35,111 nt of DNA from Candidatus Heimdallarchaeota archaeon (GCA_019057635.1 DXJL01000206.1:1-35111); one strand, 5' to 3'. Shown: positions 19,732 to 29,000, counted from the stretch's first letter. Numbers and translations are program-made. The notes: generated from the sequence alone by a model not told the origin.

Positions 19732-20460
19732 TCATTGCTCGTACACATTTTTTTTCCTGTCATATTCAATACGCGTCATTACCTGCCTTGCAGGTGAGCC
19801 CATCATCACAGCTTCTTTAGGAACGTTTTTTGTAACGATTGATCCTGCTGTTATAACCGAATTCTCACCAATGACAATTCCAGGAAGAATAACTGCTGCG
19901 ATACCAATAACTGCACCATCTTTTACGTGTGTTTCAATTAATCGACTACTCACTGGGTATAGATCATTTGTAAAGCGAACTCCCGGACCTAGAAAAACTT
20001 CATCTCCTAATCTTACTTTAGGCGGAATAAAATTGTTTGATTGAATTCGTGCGTTCTTCCCTACGACAACATTTCCATCTATAATTGTCCCACTACCAAT
20101 GATGCTCCCCAATCCAATTTTGCACTTCTCACGAATCACCACATTTGTACCAGTTTCGACATGGTCTGCTAATTCTGTTCCCTCATAAATCGTTGTAAAA
20201 GCTCTAATATGATTTTTTTTTCCAAGAATCGTGCCAGATGATTTTTTATCATAATGCATGTCTAAATTAGATATGCTTTCCTTTTTTGACATAATTTCTT
20301 TAGTTTTCGAACGAATAGGATAACCAATGATGACCGATGGATCAATTATTGAATTTTCACCTATTATTGACGCACCATAAATAAAACTAGCATTTGATAC
20401 GTATGGTGAGTGTATTTTTGCACTTTTAGAAAGAAAATTGGAAACTTCCATCATAAACAT
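19732..20460 (-). CDS. Hexapeptide-repeat acyltransferase (WbpD-like sugar N-acetyltransferase)
   Basis: Repeated [LIV]-G-x4, GPGVRFTNDLYP, AGSIVTKNVP...GSPAR. Confidence 0.88.
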   Translation of the reverse strand: MFMMEVSNFLSKSAKIHSPYVSNASFIYGASIIGENSIIDPSVIIGYPIRSKTKEIMSKKESISNLDMHYDKKSSGTILGKKNHIRAFTTIYEGTELADHVETGTNVVIREKCKIGLGSIIGSGTIIDGNVVVGKNARIQSNNFIPPKVRLGDEVFLGPGVRFTNDLYPVSSRLIETHVKDGAVIGIAAVILPGIVIGENSVITAGSIVTKNVPKEAVMMGSPARQVMTRIEYDRKKNVYEQ

Positions 20461-20465
20461 CTCAA

Positions 20466-20738
20466 TTATTGCTCAAGATTTGTTGATATAACCGGGGATT
20501 TTGTATCCTCTTCCTCTTTTATTTCGGGAGGTAAAAAGAAATAAGTAACAAGAGTGAAAATGAAAATAATAAGCAAAATAATTAAAAGAAAAACACCATC
20601 AAATGGTATAAATGGAACTAGTGGTCCAAGAATTATGACCATAAATCCAATAATCATGGATGATATAACGGCCACAAGAATTCCTCGAAGGATTTTAAAT
20701 AATGAATTTTCAACCATTGTATGCACCGTCTTTAGCAA
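20466..20738 (-). CDS. Small two-TM membrane protein
   Basis: Two hydrophobic helices, acidic tail; fits snugly between co-oriented genes. Confidence 0.6.
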   Translation of the reverse strand: MLKTVHTMVENSLFKILRGILVAVISSMIIGFMVIILGPLVPFIPFDGVFLLIILLIIFIFTLVTYFFLPPEIKEEEDTKSPVISTNLEQ

Positions 20739-20743
20739 AAAAC

Positions 20744-21643
20744 TTATGTTTGAATTTTTAACGAGAAATCTAAAGATCTTACTGAATGAGTCAAAGCACC
20801 AATTGAAATTATATCTATTCCTTTTATCAAGTATTTCTCGATATTTTCTGTTTTTATTCCTCCACTGATTTCAATAAGGGGTTTCCTCTCAGTAATCCGA
20901 TCATTCATAAAGGAAATTGCTTGTTGAATTTTTTCTGGAGTAAAATTATCAAGCATAATCACATCAGGGTGTAAATTTAGCACATTTTTAAATTCTTCAA
21001 GTGTTTCTACTTCGATATCAATTTTTTTACTGAATGATGATAGCTGTTGATATTTTGTAAGAATTTTTGCAATTGATTCTCCCTCAAATATCGCTAAGTG
21101 GTTTTCTTTTATTAAAATTTCATCAGAGAGACTCCAACGATGTGTGTCGCCGCCACCAACTTTAACTGCATATTTTTCGAAATATCTGAAGCCAGGAGTC
21201 GTTTTACGAGTTGATGCAATTCTTAAGGACGCATCAGAGGTTGCGACCATGTTTACTAGTCGTTTAGTTTGTGTAGTAATACCCGATAATCGCATAATGA
21301 TATTTAATATTGTCCGTTCAACCATGAGTATCATTTTACTACTTCCTCCAATAGTAAGAACGATATCATTCTGAACTACCTGATCTCCGTCATGTTTAAT
21401 TGTTTTTACTTCTAAACCGACGGCTTCTAGCAGAATAAGCGCGAATTCAAGGCCACAAACATATCCTTGTTCTTTTGCAATAAGATTGGCTTGGACAATT
21501 CTATCTGGTGTTATATCAGTGGTAACATCCCCAAATTCAAGATCTTCTTGGAGAAATTGCAGTAATTTTTTTTCTAGTAATTTAGGAGGAAAATACGCCA
21601 AGTTTTTCACCTTTATGAAGCTGATTAGTGCTTTAAAATTCAA
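20744..21643 (-). CDS. nadC: Nicotinate-nucleotide pyrophosphorylase (quinolinate phosphoribosyltransferase)
   Basis: EDLEFGDVTT, ERTILN, STRKTTPG, HRWSLSD..LIKENH, MLDNF, SGGI, GALTHS. Confidence 0.95.
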   Translation of the reverse strand: MNFKALISFIKVKNLAYFPPKLLEKKLLQFLQEDLEFGDVTTDITPDRIVQANLIAKEQGYVCGLEFALILLEAVGLEVKTIKHDGDQVVQNDIVLTIGGSSKMILMVERTILNIIMRLSGITTQTKRLVNMVATSDASLRIASTRKTTPGFRYFEKYAVKVGGGDTHRWSLSDEILIKENHLAIFEGESIAKILTKYQQLSSFSKKIDIEVETLEEFKNVLNLHPDVIMLDNFTPEKIQQAISFMNDRITERKPLIEISGGIKTENIEKYLIKGIDIISIGALTHSVRSLDFSLKIQT

Positions 21644-21721
21644 AAAGGGCTTCTGAATTTATTATGATATAAATTTTCGATTGATTTGTTTTCTAACATT
21701 CACGAGAAATATCAATTGAAG

Positions 21722-21953
21722 CATGACTAAATTTGTCAGACAACGCAGTAAAACCGCGTTCTGGACAGGATGAGTCACACATCCGCTATCCGGAAAAAAC
21801 CAATTCAAATGGTGAATTTGTTTTCGAGGGACTACTTGTTTCTATGGGGTTGGCGTTCTCTCTTGATTCCTCGAATTTCTGAAACCACTGGCCTTACCCC
21901 CCTCGCCTTTGACGGGTAACTCGTCTAACGTAGTTACGAGGAAGGTACTCCAG
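21722..21953 (-). repeat. Copy 1 of a ~230-nt non-coding structured element (inverted relative to 31916-32148)
   Basis: Reverse complement aligns with 31916-32148; about 28 differences in a 220-nt core by hand count, including a 38-nt identical run. Confidence 0.92.
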
Positions 21954-22059
21954 GAGTCTTGAGCTCTATTCTGTTCATCACCTCCAATTCTTGAGGAATT
22001 TAGGGGAGGAGTCCTTTTAAGGTTTTCAGACAGAGAGTGAGGTGAAAATGAGAATATGA

Positions 22060-22075
22060 GTTTGTCGGACAAATT
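22060..22075. promoter_or_regulatory. Palindrome GTTTGTCGGACAAATT, candidate operator between nadC and dph6
   Basis: Identical to 188-203 except for the central base. Confidence 0.4.
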
Positions 22076-22184
22076 TGACCATGTTTTTGTTATCATTGGA
22101 GGAGAAAGGATGATAAACTTTTTATTTAGAGAATTTTTACGAAAATACCAAAGAAATACCAATTTCTAAGCTCGAGGATTTAAA

Positions 22185-22871
22185 TTGAAAGTTTCATGTT
22201 TAATATCAGGAGGGAAAGACTCAGTTTTTGCATTATGGTGCGCCCTTCACCAATTTGAGGTTATTTCGCTTATAAATATTCAAGCTAGAACCTCTGATAG
22301 CTTTCTTTTTCACATCCCGAACACCCAGTACGTATCCTTAATTGCAGAAATGTTGGGTTTACCACTCCTTACAGTAAAAACTGCTTTCTCTAGTGTGAAT
22401 GAAGAAACATCAATGTTAAAGCAAATATTCATTGATTCTGAGGCAGAAGCCATAATTACTGGAGGTATTAGATCAGAATTTCAAAGGTACAAGTTCAATT
22501 ATGCGGCTTTGCAAGCTAATGTGAAGTGTTTTAATCCACTTTGGCGTCTTACACCTAGAACTCTTATGGATGAACTGCTAACAAACCATTTCCATATTAT
22601 TCTTGTTTCTGTTTCTGCAATGGGTTTCGGGAAAGACCTCTTAGGTAAGAAGCTAACGCCTAAGAAATTAAATATGCTTAGGGCCTCAAATACGGTTTCA
22701 GAATTAGCAACGACAGGAGAAGGAGGAGAATATGAATCATTTGTATTGAATGCTCCATTCTTTCCCTCCCGTATTATTGTGGATAAAGCCAAAGTACATT
22801 GGAACGAATTCAGGGAGGAAGGGCACTTCGAGATAATTAAAGCATATTTGGAACTTAAAAGACCTAGATGA
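22185..22871 (+). CDS. dph6: Diphthine--ammonia ligase (diphthamide synthase)
   Basis: PP-loop ISGGKDS, SFLFH, GGIRSEFQ, PLW, GEGGEYESFV. Confidence 0.92.
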   Translation: MKVSCLISGGKDSVFALWCALHQFEVISLINIQARTSDSFLFHIPNTQYVSLIAEMLGLPLLTVKTAFSSVNEETSMLKQIFIDSEAEAIITGGIRSEFQRYKFNYAALQANVKCFNPLWRLTPRTLMDELLTNHFHIILVSVSAMGFGKDLLGKKLTPKKLNMLRASNTVSELATTGEGGEYESFVLNAPFFPSRIIVDKAKVHWNEFREEGHFEIIKAYLELKRPR

Positions 22872-22874
22872 TAA

Positions 22875-23753
22875 CTACAGTGGTTCATAAGTTACCGATA
22901 GGCTTTCTATTGCTAAAATGCTTCCATTATCATTATCAGACAATGTAACAAAAATCAAATAAGGTTCTCCAGGATCAGTCAATTCGGATGAATTCAATTG
23001 GAAAAGATCCCCCTGAAAAGTGATTGATTCGAACCCTTCCAACGTAAAGATATGTGAACTACTGTTGATACTATTCATTATGAAGAATAATCCGCTTGAG
23101 GAAGCTACAGAAAAATCTAACCGCAAATTCATATCCATACTTCCATTATTACTCAAAGAAAAGTTCATCGTTAGTCCTTCCTGACTAAAAACTTGTGATG
23201 GATTTAATGAAACCAGAGTAGTTGGCCCATAGGTGTCTCCAATGGTTAACACATCAGAGCTGAATGTTTTTGCGGATCTAGAGCTAGTTTTTCCTTGCGG
23301 AAACACAGTAACTTCAATAAAAATTGTGTCATTCCCAGGAATTAATTCATTCTGATCGATCGTGTTATCGCATGTAAGAGGAATTGTTTCAATGGCTAAA
23401 CCTGGCAAGAGAATTTTCGATTGATCCATATACCAACCTAGAATTGGGGTTCTATTGAAATAAAAAAGCGAAAATGCATCAGCAGATATTTCAACGTTTG
23501 TTCTTTCGGTATTCTGTAAAGTTATATCAAATCTATCAACTTTGATATCACTATCAGTGGTTTCAAAAGAAGAGACGGCTATAACTTCAACACCTAAAGG
23601 ATCAGGAGCATTAATGGTACCAAACATCACTAAGGCAACTCCTAATCCAGCAACTACTACAAGTCCAATTAAAAGAACAGTGGCAATTACAGGACTAATT
23701 CCTCTTTTTGTTTTTTTAGTAATAAGCCAATTCTTCATTGTTTCACATCTCAC
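22875..23753 (-). CDS. Archaeal type IV pilin/archaellin-like surface protein (class III signal peptide)
   Basis: KKTKRG|ISPVIATVLLIGLVVV prepilin motif, beta-rich ectodomain, 7 N-x-S/T sequons. Confidence 0.85.
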   Translation of the reverse strand: MRCETMKNWLITKKTKRGISPVIATVLLIGLVVVAGLGVALVMFGTINAPDPLGVEVIAVSSFETTDSDIKVDRFDITLQNTERTNVEISADAFSLFYFNRTPILGWYMDQSKILLPGLAIETIPLTCDNTIDQNELIPGNDTIFIEVTVFPQGKTSSRSAKTFSSDVLTIGDTYGPTTLVSLNPSQVFSQEGLTMNFSLSNNGSMDMNLRLDFSVASSSGLFFIMNSINSSSHIFTLEGFESITFQGDLFQLNSSELTDPGEPYLIFVTLSDNDNGSILAIESLSVTYEPL

Positions 23754-24034
23754 ATCTTTTTTTAAATAGGGGTGATATTTACATAAAGGGAGAAATTAGT
23801 AAAGGAAATTCAACGAAATTGAAAATCAATCGTATTATGATCTTTGTCCAAGTCTTCTCTTTTTTATCTTTCCTAACAAACATAAATCCTGATTCTGATT
23901 TTTCTCCTTCAATTTTCGTAAGTTCATTTTTTAGTCTGTTATTACTGGAATAATTTTAAGATTCGCTCATTTTCCTTATCGATAGTAAAATAATTGAACC
24001 GGAACATCAATAAAGTTATCAGCGCAAAGCTTTT

Positions 24035-24101
24035 CTGCTAAGCCGGACGGTAATCAGCTTCATCGCAACGGGAAGGCCTCTGCTGACCGATACATTAGCA
24101 G
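24035..24101. other. GC-rich nested stem-loop of unknown function in intergenic DNA
   Basis: CTGCTAA/TTAGCAG outer helix, CGG-(TAA)-TCAGC/GCTGACCG inner helix, further CTTC/GAAG potential. Confidence 0.4.
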
Positions 24102-24131
24102 TCTTTATTGAAAAGATCCTCTAGTCTTGTT

Positions 24132-25970
24132 TTACCATCGTGAAAAACCAATTCCACAAGTTTCCGATATAAGTAACAAGAATAAAGCAATTTCCTCCAT
24201 TTCTTGATTTGATTCTGATGCAACAAACACAACTCCTTCTCCCTGATATAATGGTTGCATAATCATTGATAGTATTGCATCTAACGTTTTACCCAGAGTC
24301 CACAAAGCTTCTGTTTCAATTTGCTCACGAATTTCTTTTTCATAAATGAAAGTCTTAAATTTTGACGGAATTTTTTCCTTAATAAAATCACGATTGGGAG
24401 GAATTACCAAAATGGCTCCTTCTCTTGGTATGTTAAATCTTGAAGATAGTGTTTTAATATTCAGTTCTACTTGAGTAAGATATTCTACGATGCTTAGCCA
24501 TAATATTCCCCGTAAAGCAATTTTTTCATTTTCAGAAGAAACCCCTAAAGACACTGAACGTTCGTTGATTTCTAGGCTTCCTTCAACCCTTGCTGCTAAG
24601 TCTTTTAACGAATCATTTATGCTTTCGAGTCTTGGTCCATATGTAGAGATATGATATTCAAAGCGATCACGCTTGCGGAACAAACTAACTGTAATGTTTG
24701 ATTCACTAGAAGGTACAACGCTTGTTGGTGAGAGTTCAAGGGCCATGGGTGATGTATCTAGAACTACTGGAATGTCAGCGAAATTGTATTGTAAACCGCT
24801 CTCTCTGTTTTTCTGTAGTTTGGCTTTAAGTCCGGGACTTAAGGCCTCTATCGTGATAGAGCGTTTAATAACAGGTTTAACTATCGGTTGTTTTGTTGGA
24901 ATTGCATCTGGCTCAGAATCTAGTTCAATAATAGGTGGTGGTGTGGTTTCTTCAATCGCTGGAGTACCAATTGATGAGGATTGTGTCTGTAACTTATCTC
25001 TTCCAACAACTAGTTCTTGAAGTTCGGGAGGTTCCGTAGTTTCTATTTCTATTGATGGAGGAGTAAGTTCTCGCATCTTATACATGACTGGAGCTGACAT
25101 TGTTACTACAATGTCTTTTCCAGGTTGTATTACTGTTGATAGTAATACATTGTTTCTGAGATAATTATCCTCACTTGAGGGAAACAGTGCCATGGATTGA
25201 GCTATCTCTCGGGCATCCTCATTATCAATGAATTTTCTCATTTTTGCTGTATTGGTGTTCTCACCAAAAATTCTGCTAAGGACGTCATAAACATGCTCTC
25301 CTGCATTTGCAGAAAAATACTGTTTGAGAGGTGATTCCAAACCGAAAATCAATATATTATCATTTTCCTCAACTCCAGGTATAGGAGTAAACGACAGAAC
25401 TCGCGAAGTCTTGGAAGCATCTATAATGGATAAAAGATCGCTTGTGTCATTTGGGTCGATGAAAACCAGTCTGGACACGACACTCTCAACCCCATATCTC
25501 AGATCATGAGCAAAAGCTGTAAGTAATACCAAAGCAGAAAGCATGCCATCTGGTGTTCGAGGAATGACATATATAGAATTTGCAGGAGATGTCAATAATT
25601 GATAAAAGGTATCTAACTGTCTATTTTGAGCATCTAAGACATTTCCTTCCAGAAATTGTTCTACCAATTTTAATACAATTCCCATGGTAGGTACTACTTG
25701 ACGAGCACTTTTCTCTATAGGGATCAGCACAATTGCTACAAGATCGTCAGTTCTTCTTACCTGTGGGAATAAAAATACCATCCGATGATTGGCAAATCTA
25801 ATAAAGTGAATTCTTTCACCTCCCATAATCTTCTTTGAAAAAAGGGTGAGAACTTGGGTAACTGTTGCACTGATTTTTGAGTGTCGAGATAAAAGACCTT
25901 TACCGGAGCTAAAAATTACTCTATTTTGGTGAACGACAAGGAGATCGGTAGAACCCATTTGTGTATCCAT
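24132..25970 (-). CDS. Large hypothetical protein with N-terminal longin-like (uDENN-like) domain, alpha/beta middle, P/E/T-rich linker and C-terminal globular region
   Basis: beta-beta-alpha-beta-beta-beta-alpha pattern (LLVVH..RVIF..VLTLFSKKIMGGERIHFIRFANHRMVF..LVAIVLI..LKLVEQF); fold call is inference. Confidence 0.5.
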   Translation of the reverse strand: MDTQMGSTDLLVVHQNRVIFSSGKGLLSRHSKISATVTQVLTLFSKKIMGGERIHFIRFANHRMVFLFPQVRRTDDLVAIVLIPIEKSARQVVPTMGIVLKLVEQFLEGNVLDAQNRQLDTFYQLLTSPANSIYVIPRTPDGMLSALVLLTAFAHDLRYGVESVVSRLVFIDPNDTSDLLSIIDASKTSRVLSFTPIPGVEENDNILIFGLESPLKQYFSANAGEHVYDVLSRIFGENTNTAKMRKFIDNEDAREIAQSMALFPSSEDNYLRNNVLLSTVIQPGKDIVVTMSAPVMYKMRELTPPSIEIETTEPPELQELVVGRDKLQTQSSSIGTPAIEETTPPPIIELDSEPDAIPTKQPIVKPVIKRSITIEALSPGLKAKLQKNRESGLQYNFADIPVVLDTSPMALELSPTSVVPSSESNITVSLFRKRDRFEYHISTYGPRLESINDSLKDLAARVEGSLEINERSVSLGVSSENEKIALRGILWLSIVEYLTQVELNIKTLSSRFNIPREGAILVIPPNRDFIKEKIPSKFKTFIYEKEIREQIETEALWTLGKTLDAILSMIMQPLYQGEGVVFVASESNQEMEEIALFLLLISETCGIGFSRW

Positions 25971-26012
25971 GGTAATTCATTGGAATATTCTATAAGCTTG
26001 CTTATTAAGGTT

Positions 26013-26642
26013 TCAGGATCTAAAATTTGAAAGCTTAAAATCACCTTTTCGTAGGATTATTGGATCATCAGGGGACGTTATATCAATAATAGTTGAAGGT
26101 GATCTTTGTGGTAAAATACCTTGATCAATCCACAAATTTACGCCTCTTGTTGAAAGATCATTAAATACTTCAGAAAAATTTATACTTGGTTCGTGACCTG
26201 AGGTATTTGCTGAAGTACCGACAATTGGAGCCTCTATATTTCGTATAATACTTAGTAGAATATCATGTGCTGGTACACGACATGCAATAGTATTGTTACC
26301 AGATGTGTTTAAGTATGGAGATAGTTCTTTCAGGCCAGACATTTTCCAATTCACAATAAACGTAATTGAAGCAGGCCAGATATCTCTAAGACGATTGATA
26401 ACGCTGTCAGGAGCCTCTATATATTGACATATCATATCTAAGGTTATTAATACACTTAATGGCTTTTCAAAAGACCTTTTCTTAATTTTAAAGATCTTCT
26501 GTACATTTTTGTTGTTTTGTTTTGTGGCAATAGTTCCTAATCCATAAACTGTATCAGTAGGAAATACAGCAATATCCCCTCTCCTCATTAATAAAGCAGC
26601 TTTACTTACTATTTCAGGATCACTAGTATCAATAATTATCAA
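26013..26642 (-). CDS. tsaC: L-threonylcarbamoyladenylate synthase (TsaC/YrdC; no SUA5 C-terminal domain)
   Basis: FPTDTVYGL, KIKKR..KPL, IACRVP, GTSANTSG, PSTIID, LRKG. Confidence 0.92.
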   Translation of the reverse strand: MIIIDTSDPEIVSKAALLMRRGDIAVFPTDTVYGLGTIATKQNNKNVQKIFKIKKRSFEKPLSVLITLDMICQYIEAPDSVINRLRDIWPASITFIVNWKMSGLKELSPYLNTSGNNTIACRVPAHDILLSIIRNIEAPIVGTSANTSGHEPSINFSEVFNDLSTRGVNLWIDQGILPQRSPSTIIDITSPDDPIILRKGDFKLSNFRS

Positions 26643-26717
26643 GCGAATTCCTCTCTCAAAATTTTCATATGAGGAATTTAAAAATTCGTAATGAAAATTA
26701 GTAATATATTCTTTCAG

Positions 26718-27470
26718 TTATTGCTGTTGTTTCATCATGTGAATAATGATTTCTCTTACGAGGCTTTCTACTGGTTTTATCACGCGATTTACGCTTGTAG
26801 GTCTATATTCTTTTTTCAACCTACCATTTTCATTTACTATTTTACTCCGATCACTACTGGAAAGGAGTAGTTTCAAATCGTCACGTGCCTTCAGGCATGA
26901 AACTTCAATAATTCTGACCGCTGCATCTCTTAAACTGGTCACTGCACCAGATTCACTCAACAATTTTCCCACTTCAAATGAAGAAATGCGTTGTTCAACG
27001 GGGAGGTCCATTTTGTTTAGCATAATATGATATGGTAAAGAGCCGCTCGCTAGTTTATCTCCAACAAGGTCATTAATTTCTCGAAGTGCAAATTTATTTT
27101 CCTCCCATCTAGATTTTTCAGAATCAACAACACAAATTAATCCATGGGCTCCTCTTAAGACAACTTTCCTCTGTCCTGAGTGACGTTCCTGACCAGGCAC
27201 AGTAAATAAATGATATTTTAAAATAGGGAGACCTGCACTCGTTCTACCAATTCCAAAAATACCCTGATCAAAGAAAAGAGTGCGTCCTGTTGGATCTTCC
27301 AATTTTAAGAATTTATAGACATTTTCTGGATCTTCAAGGCTTTTTAACACCTTTGTTATTGTTAAAGCTGTGGTTTTCCCTGCTAGAGTAGGTCCCCAAA
27401 ATACAATTTTAACTACAGGGATTCCTTGGTGATCTCTTTTTATTGTTTCAAAGGTAGATTGTGCCTGCAT
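26718..27470 (-). CDS. MglA-like small GTPase
   Basis: KIVFWGPTLAGKTT, GRTLFFD (MglA switch I with intrinsic Arg), TVPGQ G3, VLRGAHGLICVVDS, NKMD; start moved to the ATG at 27470. Confidence 0.88.
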   Translation of the reverse strand: MQAQSTFETIKRDHQGIPVVKIVFWGPTLAGKTTALTITKVLKSLEDPENVYKFLKLEDPTGRTLFFDQGIFGIGRTSAGLPILKYHLFTVPGQERHSGQRKVVLRGAHGLICVVDSEKSRWEENKFALREINDLVGDKLASGSLPYHIMLNKMDLPVEQRISSFEVGKLLSESGAVTSLRDAAVRIIEVSCLKARDDLKLLLSSSDRSKIVNENGRLKKEYRPTSVNRVIKPVESLVREIIIHMMKQQQ

Positions 27471-27531
27471 GGTAAACACCTTGTTATGGATAGGGATGGA
27501 TGTGTGTATGCAAAAGAGCTTTTTCAAATTA

Positions 27532-28092
27532 TTAAGATATATTATCTTTCTCTATAACTTGTTTTGCTAAGCTATGGAAAATTTCAGTAATTTCGGAACC
27601 CCCCTCTTTTGCTGAGGTTTCATAATATGACATATTTAGTTCATCAGCAACTTTTCGGGCATCTTTTTCAGATACTACTCTTTCATCAACGAGATCGTTT
27701 TTATTTCCAGCTAAAGCAATGGGAACAGTTGGTGGGATGTACTTAGTAAATTCGGTTAACCATTTCGGAATCGCCTCGAAAGACTTTTCATCAGTAAGTG
27801 CAAACATAATCAAGCAAGCTGTAGCTCCTCGGTAATAGCTCGGTCTTAATTTGCCAAAGAACTCCTGTCCAGCAGTGTCTACTAAGATTAATTTAACTTG
27901 ACTGTTATTAACCTCAATCTTCTTTGTTGTAATGTCAACACCTAGCGTTGGTAAATAATTGGTTTCGAATTTGTTCTCTGCAAATCTACGGATGAGGGAT
28001 GTTTTTCCTACACTCCCAGATCCAATTGCACAAATTTTGAGTAAGTATTCATTAGTATTTGTCAAAGATGAAACTCCTATTAATACTGTCAT
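27532..28092 (-). CDS. Rab-like small GTPase
   Basis: GSGSVGKT, YLPTLGVD, DTAGQE, YYRGA, GNKND, ETSAK; no C-terminal Cys. Confidence 0.93.
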   Translation of the reverse strand: MTVLIGVSSLTNTNEYLLKICAIGSGSVGKTSLIRRFAENKFETNYLPTLGVDITTKKIEVNNSQVKLILVDTAGQEFFGKLRPSYYRGATACLIMFALTDEKSFEAIPKWLTEFTKYIPPTVPIALAGNKNDLVDERVVSEKDARKVADELNMSYYETSAKEGGSEITEIFHSLAKQVIEKDNIS

Positions 28093-29000
28093 AAACCCAT
28101 TTTTGAAAGATCTTGTAGTGATTGTCGCATATCGTCAATAAATTCGTCTCGTTCGGAACGTGTTTTTTCCCTCAACATATCAACAAAGAGAACCTGTCCA
28201 TTTTCAATATACAGACGAACCTCATAATGAGAAGCGGGGAATATGCCCCCAGGTAAATCATCCATCGGTTCTAACTTTACAACATCCTTAGAAAAGAGCT
28301 GTAAATGCTCTTTAATGACCGAAAATACGGTATTTCCAATAATAACAATTTCTCTTGTCAAATGTGAAGGAATCGTTAATTCTTTTAATTTTTCAGCTAC
28401 AACACTAAGGGGAGTGGAGGTCGTTGCTTCGACTTGACGTGTAACAACAACTTCTGTTTCCTTCACTACTCTAGGTTTTGAAACATGAGAAGGTGTTGGT
28501 GCACTACTTGGCTTGGATGTGGGAGCAGTTGAGGGTGTTGGAGTAGGTCGTGTTGGAAGTGTTGGTTCCGGAGCAGATCGTGCTCTTGGTGCGGCAGATG
28601 GAGCAGTACGAGTAGTTGAAACAGAAGTTTGAGAAGGAGCAGTTGTGGGACGTGAAACAACCTGAGATTCAGCCTTATCTGCGTCTGAAGAAATAGTTTT
28701 TGGTGATATTTCACCAAAAATTGCAAGAAAATCCTTCCCCTCTATTCCAGGGTCGAGACTATCAATACGGTAAACCATTCCATATTGTTCTTGTCGCATT
28801 TGCTGTGCAGCCTTGGCCGATATGAATTTTCTTCTCACTGGGGCCTCTTCCCCCTTCCAGATAAAAATCTTTCTTACTCCTTCATCTACAACAATATAAA
28901 CTGCATCATTTTGTAGTCCTTCAAGGGAAGACACATCACAAGGAGTTAGAGTTCCATCGTCGTTTACTGTAAACTTTTTAATAACATCAGAGTTGCTCAC
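28089..29000 (-). CDS. Single-domain gelsolin/villin-like protein with P/T/S-rich linker and C-terminal domain (Asgard 1DGelX-like)
   Basis: LQNDAVYIVVD..KIFIWKGEEA..RKFISAKAA..GIEGKDFLAIFG gelsolin repeat; ~90-aa PTS linker; C-terminal REIVIIG...LPGGIF...RLYIENG domain. Confidence 0.8.
   Translation of the reverse strand: MSNSDVIKKFTVNDDGTLTPCDVSSLEGLQNDAVYIVVDEGVRKIFIWKGEEAPVRRKFISAKAAQQMRQEQYGMVYRIDSLDPGIEGKDFLAIFGEISPKTISSDADKAESQVVSRPTTAPSQTSVSTTRTAPSAAPRARSAPEPTLPTRPTPTPSTAPTSKPSSAPTPSHVSKPRVVKETEVVVTRQVEATTSTPLSVVAEKLKELTIPSHLTREIVIIGNTVFSVIKEHLQLFSKDVVKLEPMDDLPGGIFPASHYEVRLYIENGQVLFVDMLREKTRSERDEFIDDMRQSLQDLSKMGL

Noticed and set aside
21722-21953. Classical MITE/IS or CRISPR interpretation of the repeat
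   Set aside because: No terminal inverted repeats, no target-site duplication, no transposase in the window and no repeat-spacer periodicity; an IS200/IS605-derived origin remains open but unsupported.
21842-22162. 106-aa minus-strand ORF overlapping repeat copy 1
   Set aside because: The equivalent frame in copy 2 has TGA in place of AGA, most differences are non-synonymous, and no motif is recognisable.
24005-24105. c-di-GMP-I riboswitch (CGCAAAGC...CTAA) or HDV-like ribozyme (CAGCAGAG-GCC-TTCCCGT-TGC on the minus strand)
   Set aside because: The GGCAAAC/GAAA P2 arm is missing and the orientation faces a gene end; the HDV P1, P3 and J4/2 elements do not fit properly.
28460-28660. Apparent tandem repeats (GGAGCAG, GGTGTTGG)
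   Set aside because: They are explained by codons of the Pro/Thr/Ser/Ala-rich linker of the gelsolin protein.
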